Shown here piece after piece: positions 21,089 through 29,583 of a stretch of 64,000 nt of DNA. Position 1 is the first letter of the stretch. Each line of letters starts with the position of its first letter. The stretch is from a virus: the IMG/VR virus record IMGVR_UViG_3300045988_158809. One strand, given 5' to 3'. The notes below the pieces were generated by a model, which saw only the letters and a list, made by a program, of their open reading frames with translations, was not told where the DNA came from and searched no databases. Both the position numbers and the translations under genes were made by a program.

Positions 21089-22140
21089 GTGAAGCAAGTG
21101 TATCACGGCAAGTAGTGTATGTGCGGAAAGGCAGCGTATATATGCCTTTCCTTCAGTCCAACATGGGAGACTTATATCAGGAGTACCAGGGTACAGCAGA
21201 TAATCCGACAAATATCACGCCGGATTTCACTACGTTGACTCCGATGTTGAGTTACATCATCACCTCTTCTTTGGCCGCTGCCGGGATTGTGGTTCCTTCG
21301 TCGGTTAAGTGGTTTTTCAATGATACGGAACTTACGTTTGGAGGCAACAAACTTTCTACGAATACTTTTGGTGGCGAGACAGGTCATTTTGAAAACGTAC
21401 CGTATTCTTCCGGAACACAAAATTATTTTGCACTGAAGATAAAGAAGAACCTGGTGAAGGCATCTGCAGGTGCTGCATGTAACATTAAAGCAGAAGCGAC
21501 TATTGCAGTCGGTAATACCAGCGACAAGATACAGTGCGTGTACAGTATACCTGTTACTGTAGGTGTGGGCAACAGTAAGCGCGTTACCATCATGGCCGGT
21601 GACAACAAGTTCTTTACACTGACTGATAAGGGAGACTCCTGTATCCTCAAGGCTGTAGCGTGGATAGGTAGCGATGAACTCAATGCTGGTCAGACATACA
21701 AGTGGTACACGCTAAAGTCAGGTTCCTGGTCCGTGTTGGACGGGCAGACAAAACAAAGTTTGACCGTTACCAATGATATGGTAGATACCACCGGACAATT
21801 CAAGGTCGAAGTGTGCCAGAACGGAAACCTTATCGGGATGGATGTCCAGACGGTAGTAGATGCTTCTGACCCGTTCGACATTATTACCAACCCCAATCCA
21901 GAAAGCGAAACGATTGAGCAGGGAAGCGGTGGTACGGTAGTCTATACGCCACTATTCGTCAAACGTGGAAGTACAACCAAGTACAAGGAAATGAAGTTCT
22001 ACTTCGTATTCACGGACAGTGCAGGTAATATTCTTAATCCCAGTACAGCTACTACGCCATCTGCAACCGGAACCGTAACTGAAGCTATGTGTGAACAGGC
22101 ATCCGGTAACGTGGCTGTATCAATAACTACGGAGGAGTAG
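21085..22140 (+). CDS. hypothetical structural protein with Ig-like-looking repeats
   Basis: 351 aa with a GGAGG box upstream. Contains a beta-rich 'YKWYTLKSGSWSVLDG' segment. Confidence 0.45.
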   Translation: MSEASVSRQVVYVRKGSVYMPFLQSNMGDLYQEYQGTADNPTNITPDFTTLTPMLSYIITSSLAAAGIVVPSSVKWFFNDTELTFGGNKLSTNTFGGETGHFENVPYSSGTQNYFALKIKKNLVKASAGAACNIKAEATIAVGNTSDKIQCVYSIPVTVGVGNSKRVTIMAGDNKFFTLTDKGDSCILKAVAWIGSDELNAGQTYKWYTLKSGSWSVLDGQTKQSLTVTNDMVDTTGQFKVEVCQNGNLIGMDVQTVVDASDPFDIITNPNPESETIEQGSGGTVVYTPLFVKRGSTTKYKEMKFYFVFTDSAGNILNPSTATTPSATGTVTEAMCEQASGNVAVSITTEE

Positions 22141-22142
22141 GT

Positions 22143-23144
22143 ATGACATTAGCAAGCAAAACAACTGAGGTAAAATTTCTTCAAAAAGGCCCTCAAGGGA
22201 ATAAAGGGGCTAAACTTCGTATGAGAGACTGGAAGGAAGGAGAGGAGTTCCTTGCTGGTGCAGAAGGAGAAGCATATTACGATGTTGTTAATTATTTTGA
22301 CAAACTTTATTTGACTATTGTGTCTCATACTGCAAAATCAGGTGTTAATGACCCTATTACTTCAGTGTCACAGCAAAAAGGTTTTTGGGAATTAGCACAG
22401 GACTGGACATTTATTGCGACTAAACTTTTGCTTGCAGAGAAAATATCGGCCGAAGAAATTGATGCAGACGGACTTGTTGCGAAGAATGTGAATATAACTG
22501 GTAAGATATATGCAGAAGAAGGTGAACTTGGGAAAATAACAATAAAGGCTGATGCAGCAGATGATGGTTTGTTTTTAAAGGATGATACTTATGGTTCTGA
22601 AATGTCTCTAAAATCTAGGATGTTTATGAGCATCCCATATAATGTGTTTGCTGTTAATCCAGGAAGCGACCAGTCAAATGTATTGCTTTACGTAAAAAAA
22701 CGTAGAGGTAATTCTTTAGACAGGGCTTTGTATGTAGATGGCGTTGCTGAAGTTTATGGCAGATTGGGCGTTGGTAGAGGTAAGGATACAGGATTTAATC
22801 AGTTCTATCCGGCGCTTGTCGCTGAGGGTATTAGCTGTTATGGTCAATTTTGCCTTCCGATTAAAACAGTGACTTCAACTTCTTCTTTAGACTCGACTTC
22901 CAGTTATGTGGTTTTGAATTTTTCTTCTTCCGGTGGATATATACGTCTACCTTCCACCAACCTGACAGATGGACAGACTATTATTATAAGGAATATAGGT
23001 TCTAATAATGTCACGGTGTATGGTAATATGAAAAATGAAAGCAATAGTAGTATTACACAATATACATTCAGAACTGGAGGGCGATTACACGTTCATACTT
23101 ATTATCAGAATGGTAATTACTGGCTTGTAAACAATCTTAATTAA
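22143..23144 (+). CDS. tail fibre protein (candidate)
   Basis: N-terminal collagen-like 'KGPQGNKGAKLRMRDW..AYYDVVNYFDKLY', a pattern common in Bacteroidota phage fibres, plus 'ISAEEIDADGLVAKNVNITGKIYAEEG'. Confidence 0.5.
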   Translation: MTLASKTTEVKFLQKGPQGNKGAKLRMRDWKEGEEFLAGAEGEAYYDVVNYFDKLYLTIVSHTAKSGVNDPITSVSQQKGFWELAQDWTFIATKLLLAEKISAEEIDADGLVAKNVNITGKIYAEEGELGKITIKADAADDGLFLKDDTYGSEMSLKSRMFMSIPYNVFAVNPGSDQSNVLLYVKKRRGNSLDRALYVDGVAEVYGRLGVGRGKDTGFNQFYPALVAEGISCYGQFCLPIKTVTSTSSLDSTSSYVVLNFSSSGGYIRLPSTNLTDGQTIIIRNIGSNNVTVYGNMKNESNSSITQYTFRTGGRLHVHTYYQNGNYWLVNNLN

Positions 23145-23154
23145 AACGATAATC

Positions 23155-23421
23155 ATGAAACAAGTAGATTTTGGTAAAGTAAAAGTTCAGCTGACCTTTG
23201 AAGGTAATCCGGTTGAATTTAATATGCGTAAAGTAATAGGTAATATGATTCGTCAGAACACTAATGATATAGGGTTAGATGAGTTTGCCAGAAAGGTATA
23301 TTTTTCAGATGGCCCGGTTGAAATTCCGGATGAATATATAAAGCCTATTTTGGGCATAGTAAAATTGAGTATGACAGTTCCAGCTCAAAAAGCATTAAAT
23401 GAATTATTAACAAATGAATAA
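23155..23421 (+). CDS. hypothetical protein
   Basis: 88-aa ORF. Confidence 0.45.
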   Translation: MKQVDFGKVKVQLTFEGNPVEFNMRKVIGNMIRQNTNDIGLDEFARKVYFSDGPVEIPDEYIKPILGIVKLSMTVPAQKALNELLTNE

Positions 23422-23432
23422 AATTTAAAATT

Positions 23433-23810
23433 ATGATACAGAAAAAAACTTTAAAAGAAGCTATACAAAATCCGGAGATAATATCAGTTGTGGGAGAACT
23501 ACTGCCTGTGGTTAGTGAATTGAAAAAGGGGTTAATGGATAAGGACAACTTTTATTACAGAGGTACAATCAGTCTAACATCCCCAGACACCATTCTTGAT
23601 AAAATAAAATCAAACTTAAAAATGGGAATATATAGTGTAAGTGGTTACAATAGTGAAGAAACTTATACGGATTGGGGGGTGCTGTATATTAATAATAATG
23701 CAGGTATGTATATTACCAGAAATTCCAGAAAGGTTGTTTTTTTTGTCAAAACTGGTCCAGGATGGTATTACGGGGAAGTTTCACCGACAGCCTGGAGTTT
23801 TATAAGTTGA
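23433..23810 (+). CDS. hypothetical protein
   Basis: 125-aa ORF. Confidence 0.5.
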   Translation: MIQKKTLKEAIQNPEIISVVGELLPVVSELKKGLMDKDNFYYRGTISLTSPDTILDKIKSNLKMGIYSVSGYNSEETYTDWGVLYINNNAGMYITRNSRKVVFFVKTGPGWYYGEVSPTAWSFIS

Positions 23811-23820
23811 TTAATTTAGT

Positions 23821-23843
23821 CTCCCACGGGCCCCTCGTGGGAG
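23821..23843 (+). promoter_or_regulatory. GC-rich hairpin without a T-run
   Basis: CTCCCACG-GGCCCCT-CGTGGGAG, an 8-bp stem in an otherwise AT-rich spacer. Confidence 0.4.
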
Positions 23844-23853
23844 GACCCGCCAA

Positions 23854-24054
23854 ATGAACCAGTTGGAATTAAGAATTTTGAGTCTTGAAAAGCTCACAAA
23901 CGAGCAGGCAGTATATAATTCTCAGTTAAAAGAAGATTTAATTTCAAGTCAACAGAGCATAAAGGATTTGTACGGCAGAATTGAAGTATTAGAGAAAGCT
24001 GTATCAATGCCTTCCCATACAAAGACTCAAAAGGCCACAAAATCAGAAAAATAA
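23854..24054 (+). CDS. small coiled-coil protein
   Basis: 66-aa ORF with heptad-like sequence. Confidence 0.45.
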   Translation: MNQLELRILSLEKLTNEQAVYNSQLKEDLISSQQSIKDLYGRIEVLEKAVSMPSHTKTQKATKSEK

Positions 24055-24085
24055 TTCGATTATCCGCATAAATACAAAATAAAAC

Positions 24086-24568
24086 ATGAATGTAAACGAA
24101 AAAGCTTTAGAGCTGAAAAGTAAGATAATGGATAGCGTTCAGATGTGGAGTGATGGGCTTATCGACAATTTTTTCGATACCCATCACCTTCCGAAAATCG
24201 CCGTGAAGTACATCAAGCGCGGACGCGACAACTTCATAGCCCAGCAGGACGAAGCTATCACGAAGAAGATTAACAACGCACTCCTTTTCGTGACCGACAA
24301 GGACGGAAACTACGACCTCGGAATGCTTTCGGACGATGTAATCTCCCTGCTCAGGGATATGCCCGAAACTCCGTTCGACTTCGGACTTACCGGAACCATC
24401 GGCGCTGGAGCCATACGCATCTACATCCCGGAGATACCGTTCGTATCAAGCGTTTTCGGCGACTTCGGCTCTGTAAAGATAACAGAAAGCGACCTCCTTA
24501 TCCTGAAGGAAATGCTCTGCCAGCAGGACGGAATCGCATCGGCAGCAAGTCAAACCATTAAAAAATAA
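24086..24568 (+). CDS. hypothetical protein
   Basis: 160-aa ORF. Confidence 0.55.
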   Translation: MNVNEKALELKSKIMDSVQMWSDGLIDNFFDTHHLPKIAVKYIKRGRDNFIAQQDEAITKKINNALLFVTDKDGNYDLGMLSDDVISLLRDMPETPFDFGLTGTIGAGAIRIYIPEIPFVSSVFGDFGSVKITESDLLILKEMLCQQDGIASAASQTIKK

Positions 24569-24573
24569 CGATT

Positions 24574-25098
24574 ATGGGATACACTTACAAGGAAATAATC
24601 CACGAAGCAAAGGAAGCCGGACTCTTCAATGAGAAGAAGGCATACGAAATTCTGTGCGACATGAGCGAAGGCATAGAAGAAATGGCTCTCACCAACAAGG
24701 AAGAAGCCTGGGCATTAAAGCGTCGCCACTACCAGATGCTTTTCGGACCGCACTACAACGAAGCGTTTGCCATCTGGCAGGTCGCTCAGATGTACCACAA
24801 GGACAGCAAGACCGGCATGGAAGTACGCGGCCAGCACTGGTCGCCCGAACAGGTCAAGCAGGTGTTCATGGGCGTGGCTTCCAAAAACAAGGCCCTGTCA
24901 GAATATAATTACTGGGATTTCTACGTCACCATTCACATGATGTGGCACGACAATATCTGCATGTACCGCACCTGGTGGCCCGAAGCCGACGAAGAAGTCC
25001 TTACCCAGAAAGTAGCCGAATCGGCAGTCAACTATCTGACCGACGACGACGGCGAAAAAGGTAAAATCTGGATGCGTTACGCTCCCATGTACCAGTAA
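24574..25098 (+). CDS. hypothetical protein
   Basis: 174-aa ORF followed by a terminator. Confidence 0.55.
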   Translation: MGYTYKEIIHEAKEAGLFNEKKAYEILCDMSEGIEEMALTNKEEAWALKRRHYQMLFGPHYNEAFAIWQVAQMYHKDSKTGMEVRGQHWSPEQVKQVFMGVASKNKALSEYNYWDFYVTIHMMWHDNICMYRTWWPEADEEVLTQKVAESAVNYLTDDDGEKGKIWMRYAPMYQ

Positions 25099-25124
25099 AA
25101 CTGTTTCAATTCCACATAACGATT

Positions 25125-25189
25125 GCAGGCTGGCATACCTCCGCTCCATGGTGAAAGCGCAAGGGGGTAATGCCAGCCTGCCCCTTTTT
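25125..25189 (+). terminator. rho-independent terminator (long loop)
   Basis: 12-bp stem GCAGGCTGGCAT/ATGCCAGCCTGC with a ~33-nt loop, followed by CCCTTTTT. Confidence 0.55.
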
Positions 25190-25289
25190 GTCCCTTCCCC
25201 TCCTTCTGCTCCTCCTATCTTTACAGAAAGAAACTGAAACGCAACCGGAAGGGAACCATTAACAAACACAAAACAACACGAAGAACATC

Positions 25290-25919
25290 ATGGAATTATT
25301 GACAATCACAGGGGCAGAAGTACAGGGATTCTGGGGATTTCTGTCAGTAGTAATCGTTACACTCATTGGAGTCTATCAGATTCGGTTTCAGAAAATGACC
25401 GACATCAAGGTTGAAGAGTACAAAAAGGAGCTCACACGCAAGAGCAACCGCCGCAATGACAATACCTCAAAGGTGTGGGGCGAAATCCACCATCTTCTCG
25501 GACAGCTACGGGCCGATCGCGTGTACATCATCCAGACTTATCCGCTTGGCAGGAACGATTATGTTACCGTAGAGTTTGAAGTCACTACACACGGAGTGGC
25601 CTATATCAAGGAATCCATAAAAGACCTTCACATGAAGGATGTGCCGAAATTCTGTTCCGTCATTTCATCCACCGACTTTCTTTACGTAAAAAACCTGAAT
25701 GATATGGAAGGAATGCGTGCCCGTGCGCTCTTCGCCACCAACGGCACCCGACAGATGTACATCCATCGACTGAAAGACAGCACGTACGACTGGATAGGAA
25801 GTCTCGTGTGCGACTACACCACCGACGACGTTCCCTCTGAAGAAGAAGCACGCAGCGCAATGGAGGTAGCCGCGCTCAACATTCAGTACATCCTTCCGGA
25901 AATACAACACGCAAAATAA
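25290..25919 (+). CDS. membrane-anchored protein of the lysis region
   Basis: One N-terminal transmembrane helix ('GFWGFLSVVIVTLIGVYQI'). Lies directly upstream of the holin and endolysin. Confidence 0.5.
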   Translation: MELLTITGAEVQGFWGFLSVVIVTLIGVYQIRFQKMTDIKVEEYKKELTRKSNRRNDNTSKVWGEIHHLLGQLRADRVYIIQTYPLGRNDYVTVEFEVTTHGVAYIKESIKDLHMKDVPKFCSVISSTDFLYVKNLNDMEGMRARALFATNGTRQMYIHRLKDSTYDWIGSLVCDYTTDDVPSEEEARSAMEVAALNIQYILPEIQHAK

Positions 25920-25943
25920 GAACAGCCACACACACAAACACAC

Positions 25944-26255
25944 ATGAAAGCATTTTTCAGTTACATTGAATCGCTGTGCAAGGCCAACTCGATGGCCAGC
26001 TCCAAAAGCTTCACCCTCCTGCTTACAGCAGCCACCGGTTGCCTGGGAGTGATCTGCATCAGCATCGGCCTGCTGGTGGAATGGTTCACTGCAGGCTACA
26101 TACGCACCAGCCTGTCCGAAATGAGCATGTACATCGCTTCACTGGGAGTTTTCGTAGGCAGCGGAGCAATATCAAAAATCAGCGGGGAAAAGAGAGAACG
26201 TAAAGAAAGGGAAGAAGTGCCTCCAGCAGCACCTTCTCCCGGACATAAAGACTAA
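25944..26255 (+). CDS. holin (class II-like, two transmembrane helices)
   Basis: 103 aa with two hydrophobic helices and a highly charged C-terminal tail ('GEKRERKEREE'). Lies immediately upstream of the endolysin. Confidence 0.6.
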   Translation: MKAFFSYIESLCKANSMASSKSFTLLLTAATGCLGVICISIGLLVEWFTAGYIRTSLSEMSMYIASLGVFVGSGAISKISGEKRERKEREEVPPAAPSPGHKD

Positions 26256-26266
26256 AAAATTAAGTC

Positions 26267-26791
26267 ATGGCAGACATCTACAAACTTGCACCTTTCATCC
26301 TGAAGTGGGAGGGAGGTTTCGTGAGCGACCCCGTAGACAAGGGAGGCGCGACAAACATGGGAGTAACAATCGGCACCTGGCGCAGCGTGGGATACGACAA
26401 AGACGGCGACGGCGACATTGACGTGGACGACCTTCGTCTTCTTACCAGAGAAGACGTGATAGAACGCGTACTCCGTCCGCATTACTGGAACCGCTGGCGT
26501 GCCGACGAGATACACAACCAGTCAGTAGCGAACATCCTCGTAGACTGGGTATGGGCATCGGGTGCACACGGCATCCGCCGTCCGCAGCGCATCCTCGGAG
26601 TGACAGCCGACGGCATAGTAGGGCCGAAAACCCTTGTCGCAGTCAACTCAATGGACCCTATGGAGCTGCATTTCCGCATCAAGAACGACCGCATCCGTTT
26701 TATCGACGAAATCTGTAAGGCCAACCCCTCGCAGGAACGCTTCCGCCGCGGATGGCTCAACCGTATCAATGAGCTCACATTCAAGCCCTGA
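26267..26791 (+). CDS. endolysin, GH108-type lysozyme with a peptidoglycan-binding C-terminal domain
   Basis: Canonical GH108 N-terminus '[24 protein letters not shown]'. 174 aa. Confidence 0.8.
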   Translation: MADIYKLAPFILKWEGGFVSDPVDKGGATNMGVTIGTWRSVGYDKDGDGDIDVDDLRLLTREDVIERVLRPHYWNRWRADEIHNQSVANILVDWVWASGAHGIRRPQRILGVTADGIVGPKTLVAVNSMDPMELHFRIKNDRIRFIDEICKANPSQERFRRGWLNRINELTFKP

Positions 26792-26810
26792 TTATCTTTT
26801 TTGAACACAA

Positions 26811-26846
26811 AAATCCCGAAAATTTCCATTTCCGGGATTTTTTGCG
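26811..26846. terminator. bidirectional terminator between convergent genes
   Basis: AAATCCCG..CGGGATTT stem extended by AAA/TTT, with a 6-nt loop. T-run downstream, A-rich upstream. Confidence 0.6.
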
Positions 26847-26908
26847 TTTTTCTGTAGAAAATTTCAGTTTTCCGCGAAAAAATTTCCATTCCCCTACAGA
26901 AATGAACG

Positions 26909-27793
26909 TCAGAAATCAATCTCATATTCCGGAATCCAGTCGCCCGGCTCCGAAAAAGTCACACCACCATCATAAGAGAAAATACGTCCTTTAGCCACCG
27001 TACAGCGGTTTTTCAGCAGCGGAATACCGCTCGCCATGCGGTCCTCCAGCACCTTTCCTTCCGCGTCGCGAGCCACTACCCGCAGCGACACCTCAAACTC
27101 ATCCTCCTCGCAGAACGAAAACACCGAGAATTTAAGTCCTTTCTCCCCGACATATCCACCGTTCAAGTCCCATCCGATGCTGAAATCCTCCTTCTCCTCT
27201 GCTACTCCCAGTCCCGTAGCCATGTCCAGTGCCGCCATGTGTCCGCCTACCGTCAGTTCAATTCTGGCCACACCTTCAGGAATCGCATCCAGAATCATCA
27301 GCGTAAGCTTCGCCACCACGCGGTCCATTTGCAGCGTCAGCGTCTCATCCGTACCCTCGTCCACCTCCATAGGCACACATTTCAGAAAGGTTTCCGTCAC
27401 CTTACCCGTCCGGAAAACACCCTTCGCTTCGTCCACCTGCCAGTCAGTCGAGCTGTGCCCCAAAAATCTCAGTTCGTGCAGTCCGTAGTCCATTGTCAGC
27501 GAAAAAGGCTCCTCCGCCGGACGGCATATTTTCTGCTTTGCCACGCCGTCCATGTAGTCCACACATAGCAGCGAGTCCGCATAATCAGCCATGTTCGCCC
27601 TCGAAGCCCTGCTTTTCATTCCATCCTCCGCCGTCCAGTCAGAAATACCGGCATCCAGCCCGAAAAACGGCATAAAAACCATTGTTTTCCGTGAATTTTC
27701 GTTCGAAATCTCCATTTCGGGCACATTTCCCGCCCGTTCGCAGCTTCCACACAATAGAGCAGAAGCCATTACCAACGCAATAAAATTTCTCAT
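26909..27793 (-). CDS. lipoprotein, fimbrillin-like (FimB/Mfa2-like)
   Basis: Signal peptide with a lipobox ('ALLCGSC'). 'LQMDRVVAKLTLMI' and the C-terminal 'LLKNRCTVAKGRIF' resemble Bacteroidales fimbrillin-family proteins. It is the only reverse-strand gene in this region and has its own TATCTTTG box upstream. Confidence 0.5.
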   Translation of the reverse strand: MRNFIALVMASALLCGSCERAGNVPEMEISNENSRKTMVFMPFFGLDAGISDWTAEDGMKSRASRANMADYADSLLCVDYMDGVAKQKICRPAEEPFSLTMDYGLHELRFLGHSSTDWQVDEAKGVFRTGKVTETFLKCVPMEVDEGTDETLTLQMDRVVAKLTLMILDAIPEGVARIELTVGGHMAALDMATGLGVAEEKEDFSIGWDLNGGYVGEKGLKFSVFSFCEEDEFEVSLRVVARDAEGKVLEDRMASGIPLLKNRCTVAKGRIFSYDGGVTFSEPGDWIPEYEIDF

Positions 27794-28027
27794 AAAAAAA
27801 GGTTTTGAAGTTAAATTCTACATAGAATAACTCCAAAACCTCAGAACGTTTCCATTTTTCAGCATTGAAAAAGCAACAAATATGCCGAAAAACACGTTTT
27901 AAACCCAAAATTTCCGTGCCGTGCAAAATATGCCGTTGGCAAAGATAACTTTCCAATCAATAAGTAGTAGTTAATTATTAGTTAAATATTTTTCGCCACA
28001 ATGTTAACGCTGTACGAAAACCATATT

Positions 28028-28042
28028 AATTCACTGATTTTT
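28028..28042 (+). repeat. degenerate copy of the AAATCACTGATTTTT core
   Basis: AATTCACTGATTTTT, immediately 5' of the GC-rich island. Confidence 0.4.
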
Positions 28043-28044
28043 AG

Positions 28045-28345
28045 GCGATGAACGGCACGGGAAAAGTGTCTTTCGCGCGGAAAACCCGTCGCCACGCTAC
28101 GGGGCCGGCGGTCCGCACGGGGGCCGGTGGGGCTGGAAATATGCGGGTAGGGGGGCCCGGGGTGCGGTCCTGGTGTGCTGGTGTGTGGGTGCTTGGGTGT
28201 CCAGGTGGGCGGAGAAGGACCGGCGGCCGCCCCTTCTTGCTTCCCTGGTTGCATCGGGACGCGAAGGAAGACGACGAAGGCCGGCGGCCGTTCCTGATCC
28301 GTTGGCGGGTTGGCATGTTGGCGCGTGGGTGTGTAGGTGATTACG
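28045..28345 (+). other. G-rich, GC-rich non-coding island (structured RNA, genome terminus/cos, or R-loop candidate)
   Basis: ~300 nt with strong G excess on the + strand, including GGGGGGCCCGGGG. Contains the repeated CCGGCGG(C/T)CCG and a long imperfect hairpin at 28222-28292. ORFs here on either strand translate to Pro/Gly/Arg low-complexity sequence. Confidence 0.5.
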
Positions 28346-28402
28346 TGCGTGTATTGATTTCTGGCGTGTACAATATTTTTTTTGAAAATAAGTTGTATCT
28401 TA

Positions 28403-28434
28403 TTTGCATACTTAGAATATATGTAGTATATTTG
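28403..28434 (+). promoter_or_regulatory. Bacteroides-type promoter
   Basis: TTTG (28403-28406), 20 nt, TATATTTG (28427-28434). Lies ~48 nt upstream of the ATG at 28482. Confidence 0.6.
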
Positions 28435-28481
28435 CATACAGATAAAACAAAACAAGTAATAACATTCTAAAGCTTACGATT

Positions 28482-28793
28482 ATGAAGAAAGAAAAACTTT
28501 ATCAGATTACAGGAACTACCAACAGTTGGATAGCTCAGCGCGATTTAAAGTTCAACGGTAAAACAAGAATTACCCTTGAAAAAGACTTGACATTAAAGGA
28601 AGCATATAATAAGCTGCTTGATATGTTTAACAATGATTACGAGGATGAAGGCTGGTACGCTGAGAATTGGGGTATAGCTGTTAACATATCCAATCGCAAA
28701 GCGTCGCCAACCTTCAGCGATGGCACACGCATGTACGAATACGATTCCAGATATTATAAGATTGAGGAACAGGAAGAAGAAGCCAATGAATAA
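28482..28793 (+). CDS. hypothetical protein
   Basis: 103-aa ORF that overlaps the next start by 8 nt. Confidence 0.55.
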   Translation: MKKEKLYQITGTTNSWIAQRDLKFNGKTRITLEKDLTLKEAYNKLLDMFNNDYEDEGWYAENWGIAVNISNRKASPTFSDGTRMYEYDSRYYKIEEQEEEANE

Positions 28794-28989
28794 TCAGGAC
28801 ATAGGAGCAATGATAAAGGATATACGCACCCGCCGCGGCTTATCAATCCGCGCGCTGGGTGAGTTGTCCGGCGTTCAGTTTGCCAATATCGGCAAGCTGG
28901 AACGCGGAGAGTATAACCCATCGGTGAACATACTTAATAAGCTGTTATTAGCTTTAGACTGTGAACTGATAATTAGAGAGAACAAATAA
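28786..28989 (+). CDS. XRE-family helix-turn-helix protein
   Basis: 'IRTRRGLSIRALGELSGVQFANIGKLERGEYNPSVNILNKLLLAL'. ATG at 28786 chosen. Confidence 0.7.
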   Translation: MNNQDIGAMIKDIRTRRGLSIRALGELSGVQFANIGKLERGEYNPSVNILNKLLLALDCELIIRENK

Positions 28990-29002
28990 AAATAATAAGA
29001 TT

Positions 29003-29290
29003 ATGACAACAGAAAACCGCTACCAGTACAGCGAAGACCGCTTGATAAAATTTGATACTTATTCCGATTCGTGGCCCGCAAGGCCTGAGGATTGCGCCTA
29101 CCTTGTTGAAGACAATTCTAAATTAGATTTAGATTCCGATTCGTCCGAGGATGGCTCTATATCTTATTATCAGGGTGAAAAGGGAGCTCTTGTTATAGAA
29201 CATGATTCAGACGGTACGGAAAATGCATATAAATCAGGTTTTTATTTAACTTCTTCTTTTCAGGAATACAAGGAAATGTATTCAGATTAA
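29003..29290 (+). CDS. hypothetical acidic protein, paralogue of the C-terminus of 35338-35826
   Basis: Shared 'YYQGE.GA.V.E.DSDGTEN..KSG.Y..SS..EY'. Confidence 0.55.
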   Translation: MTTENRYQYSEDRLIKFDTYSDSWPARPEDCAYLVEDNSKLDLDSDSSEDGSISYYQGEKGALVIEHDSDGTENAYKSGFYLTSSFQEYKEMYSD

Positions 29291-29300
29291 TATAGTTTCT

Positions 29301-29337
29301 ATATCCTGTTATCCATCCGATAACAGGATATTTTTTT
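29301..29337 (+). terminator. rho-independent terminator
   Basis: Perfect 13-bp stem ATATCCTGTTATC/GATAACAGGATAT, 5-nt loop, T7. Confidence 0.8.
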
Positions 29338-29395
29338 CTATTACTATACCCCGCAAAAATAAATATCAAATTTTAAAATTTTTCTTTGCTTTTTC

Positions 29396-29426
29396 TTTGG
29401 TGAATAAAATAAAAGCCGTATATTTG
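29396..29426 (+). promoter_or_regulatory. Bacteroides-type promoter
   Basis: TTTG (29396-29399), 19 nt, TATATTTG (29419-29426). Confidence 0.6.
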
Positions 29427-29432
29427 TAATGC

Positions 29433-29583
29433 CAAACTCATATAGCCCGATACGTTATATATTTACGTATCAAACATATTTTTGAAACGAGTTAAAAAGA
29501 TATTTAACGCTCCGTTTAAAGTTTCATTCATAACTTTGGTTATGTGGGTTTGGCGACCGAAACTTTATCGGAGCGTTTTTTAT
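29433..29583 (+). ncRNA. candidate small RNA or attenuator leader
   Basis: Begins just after the promoter. Has a hairpin at 29449-29471 (GATACGT/ACGTATC). A ~20-bp imperfect stem (AACGCTCCG-TTTAAAGTTTC / GAAACTTTA-T-CGGAGCGTT) at 29506-29577 is followed by a T-run. No convincing ORF. Confidence 0.35.

Noticed and set aside
27982-28470. ORFs of 157 aa (minus strand) and 140 aa (plus strand) covering the GC-rich island.
   Set aside because: Both translate to Pro/Gly/Arg-rich low-complexity sequence, as expected from GC-rich non-coding DNA. They run into the AT-rich promoter region and have no plausible start context.
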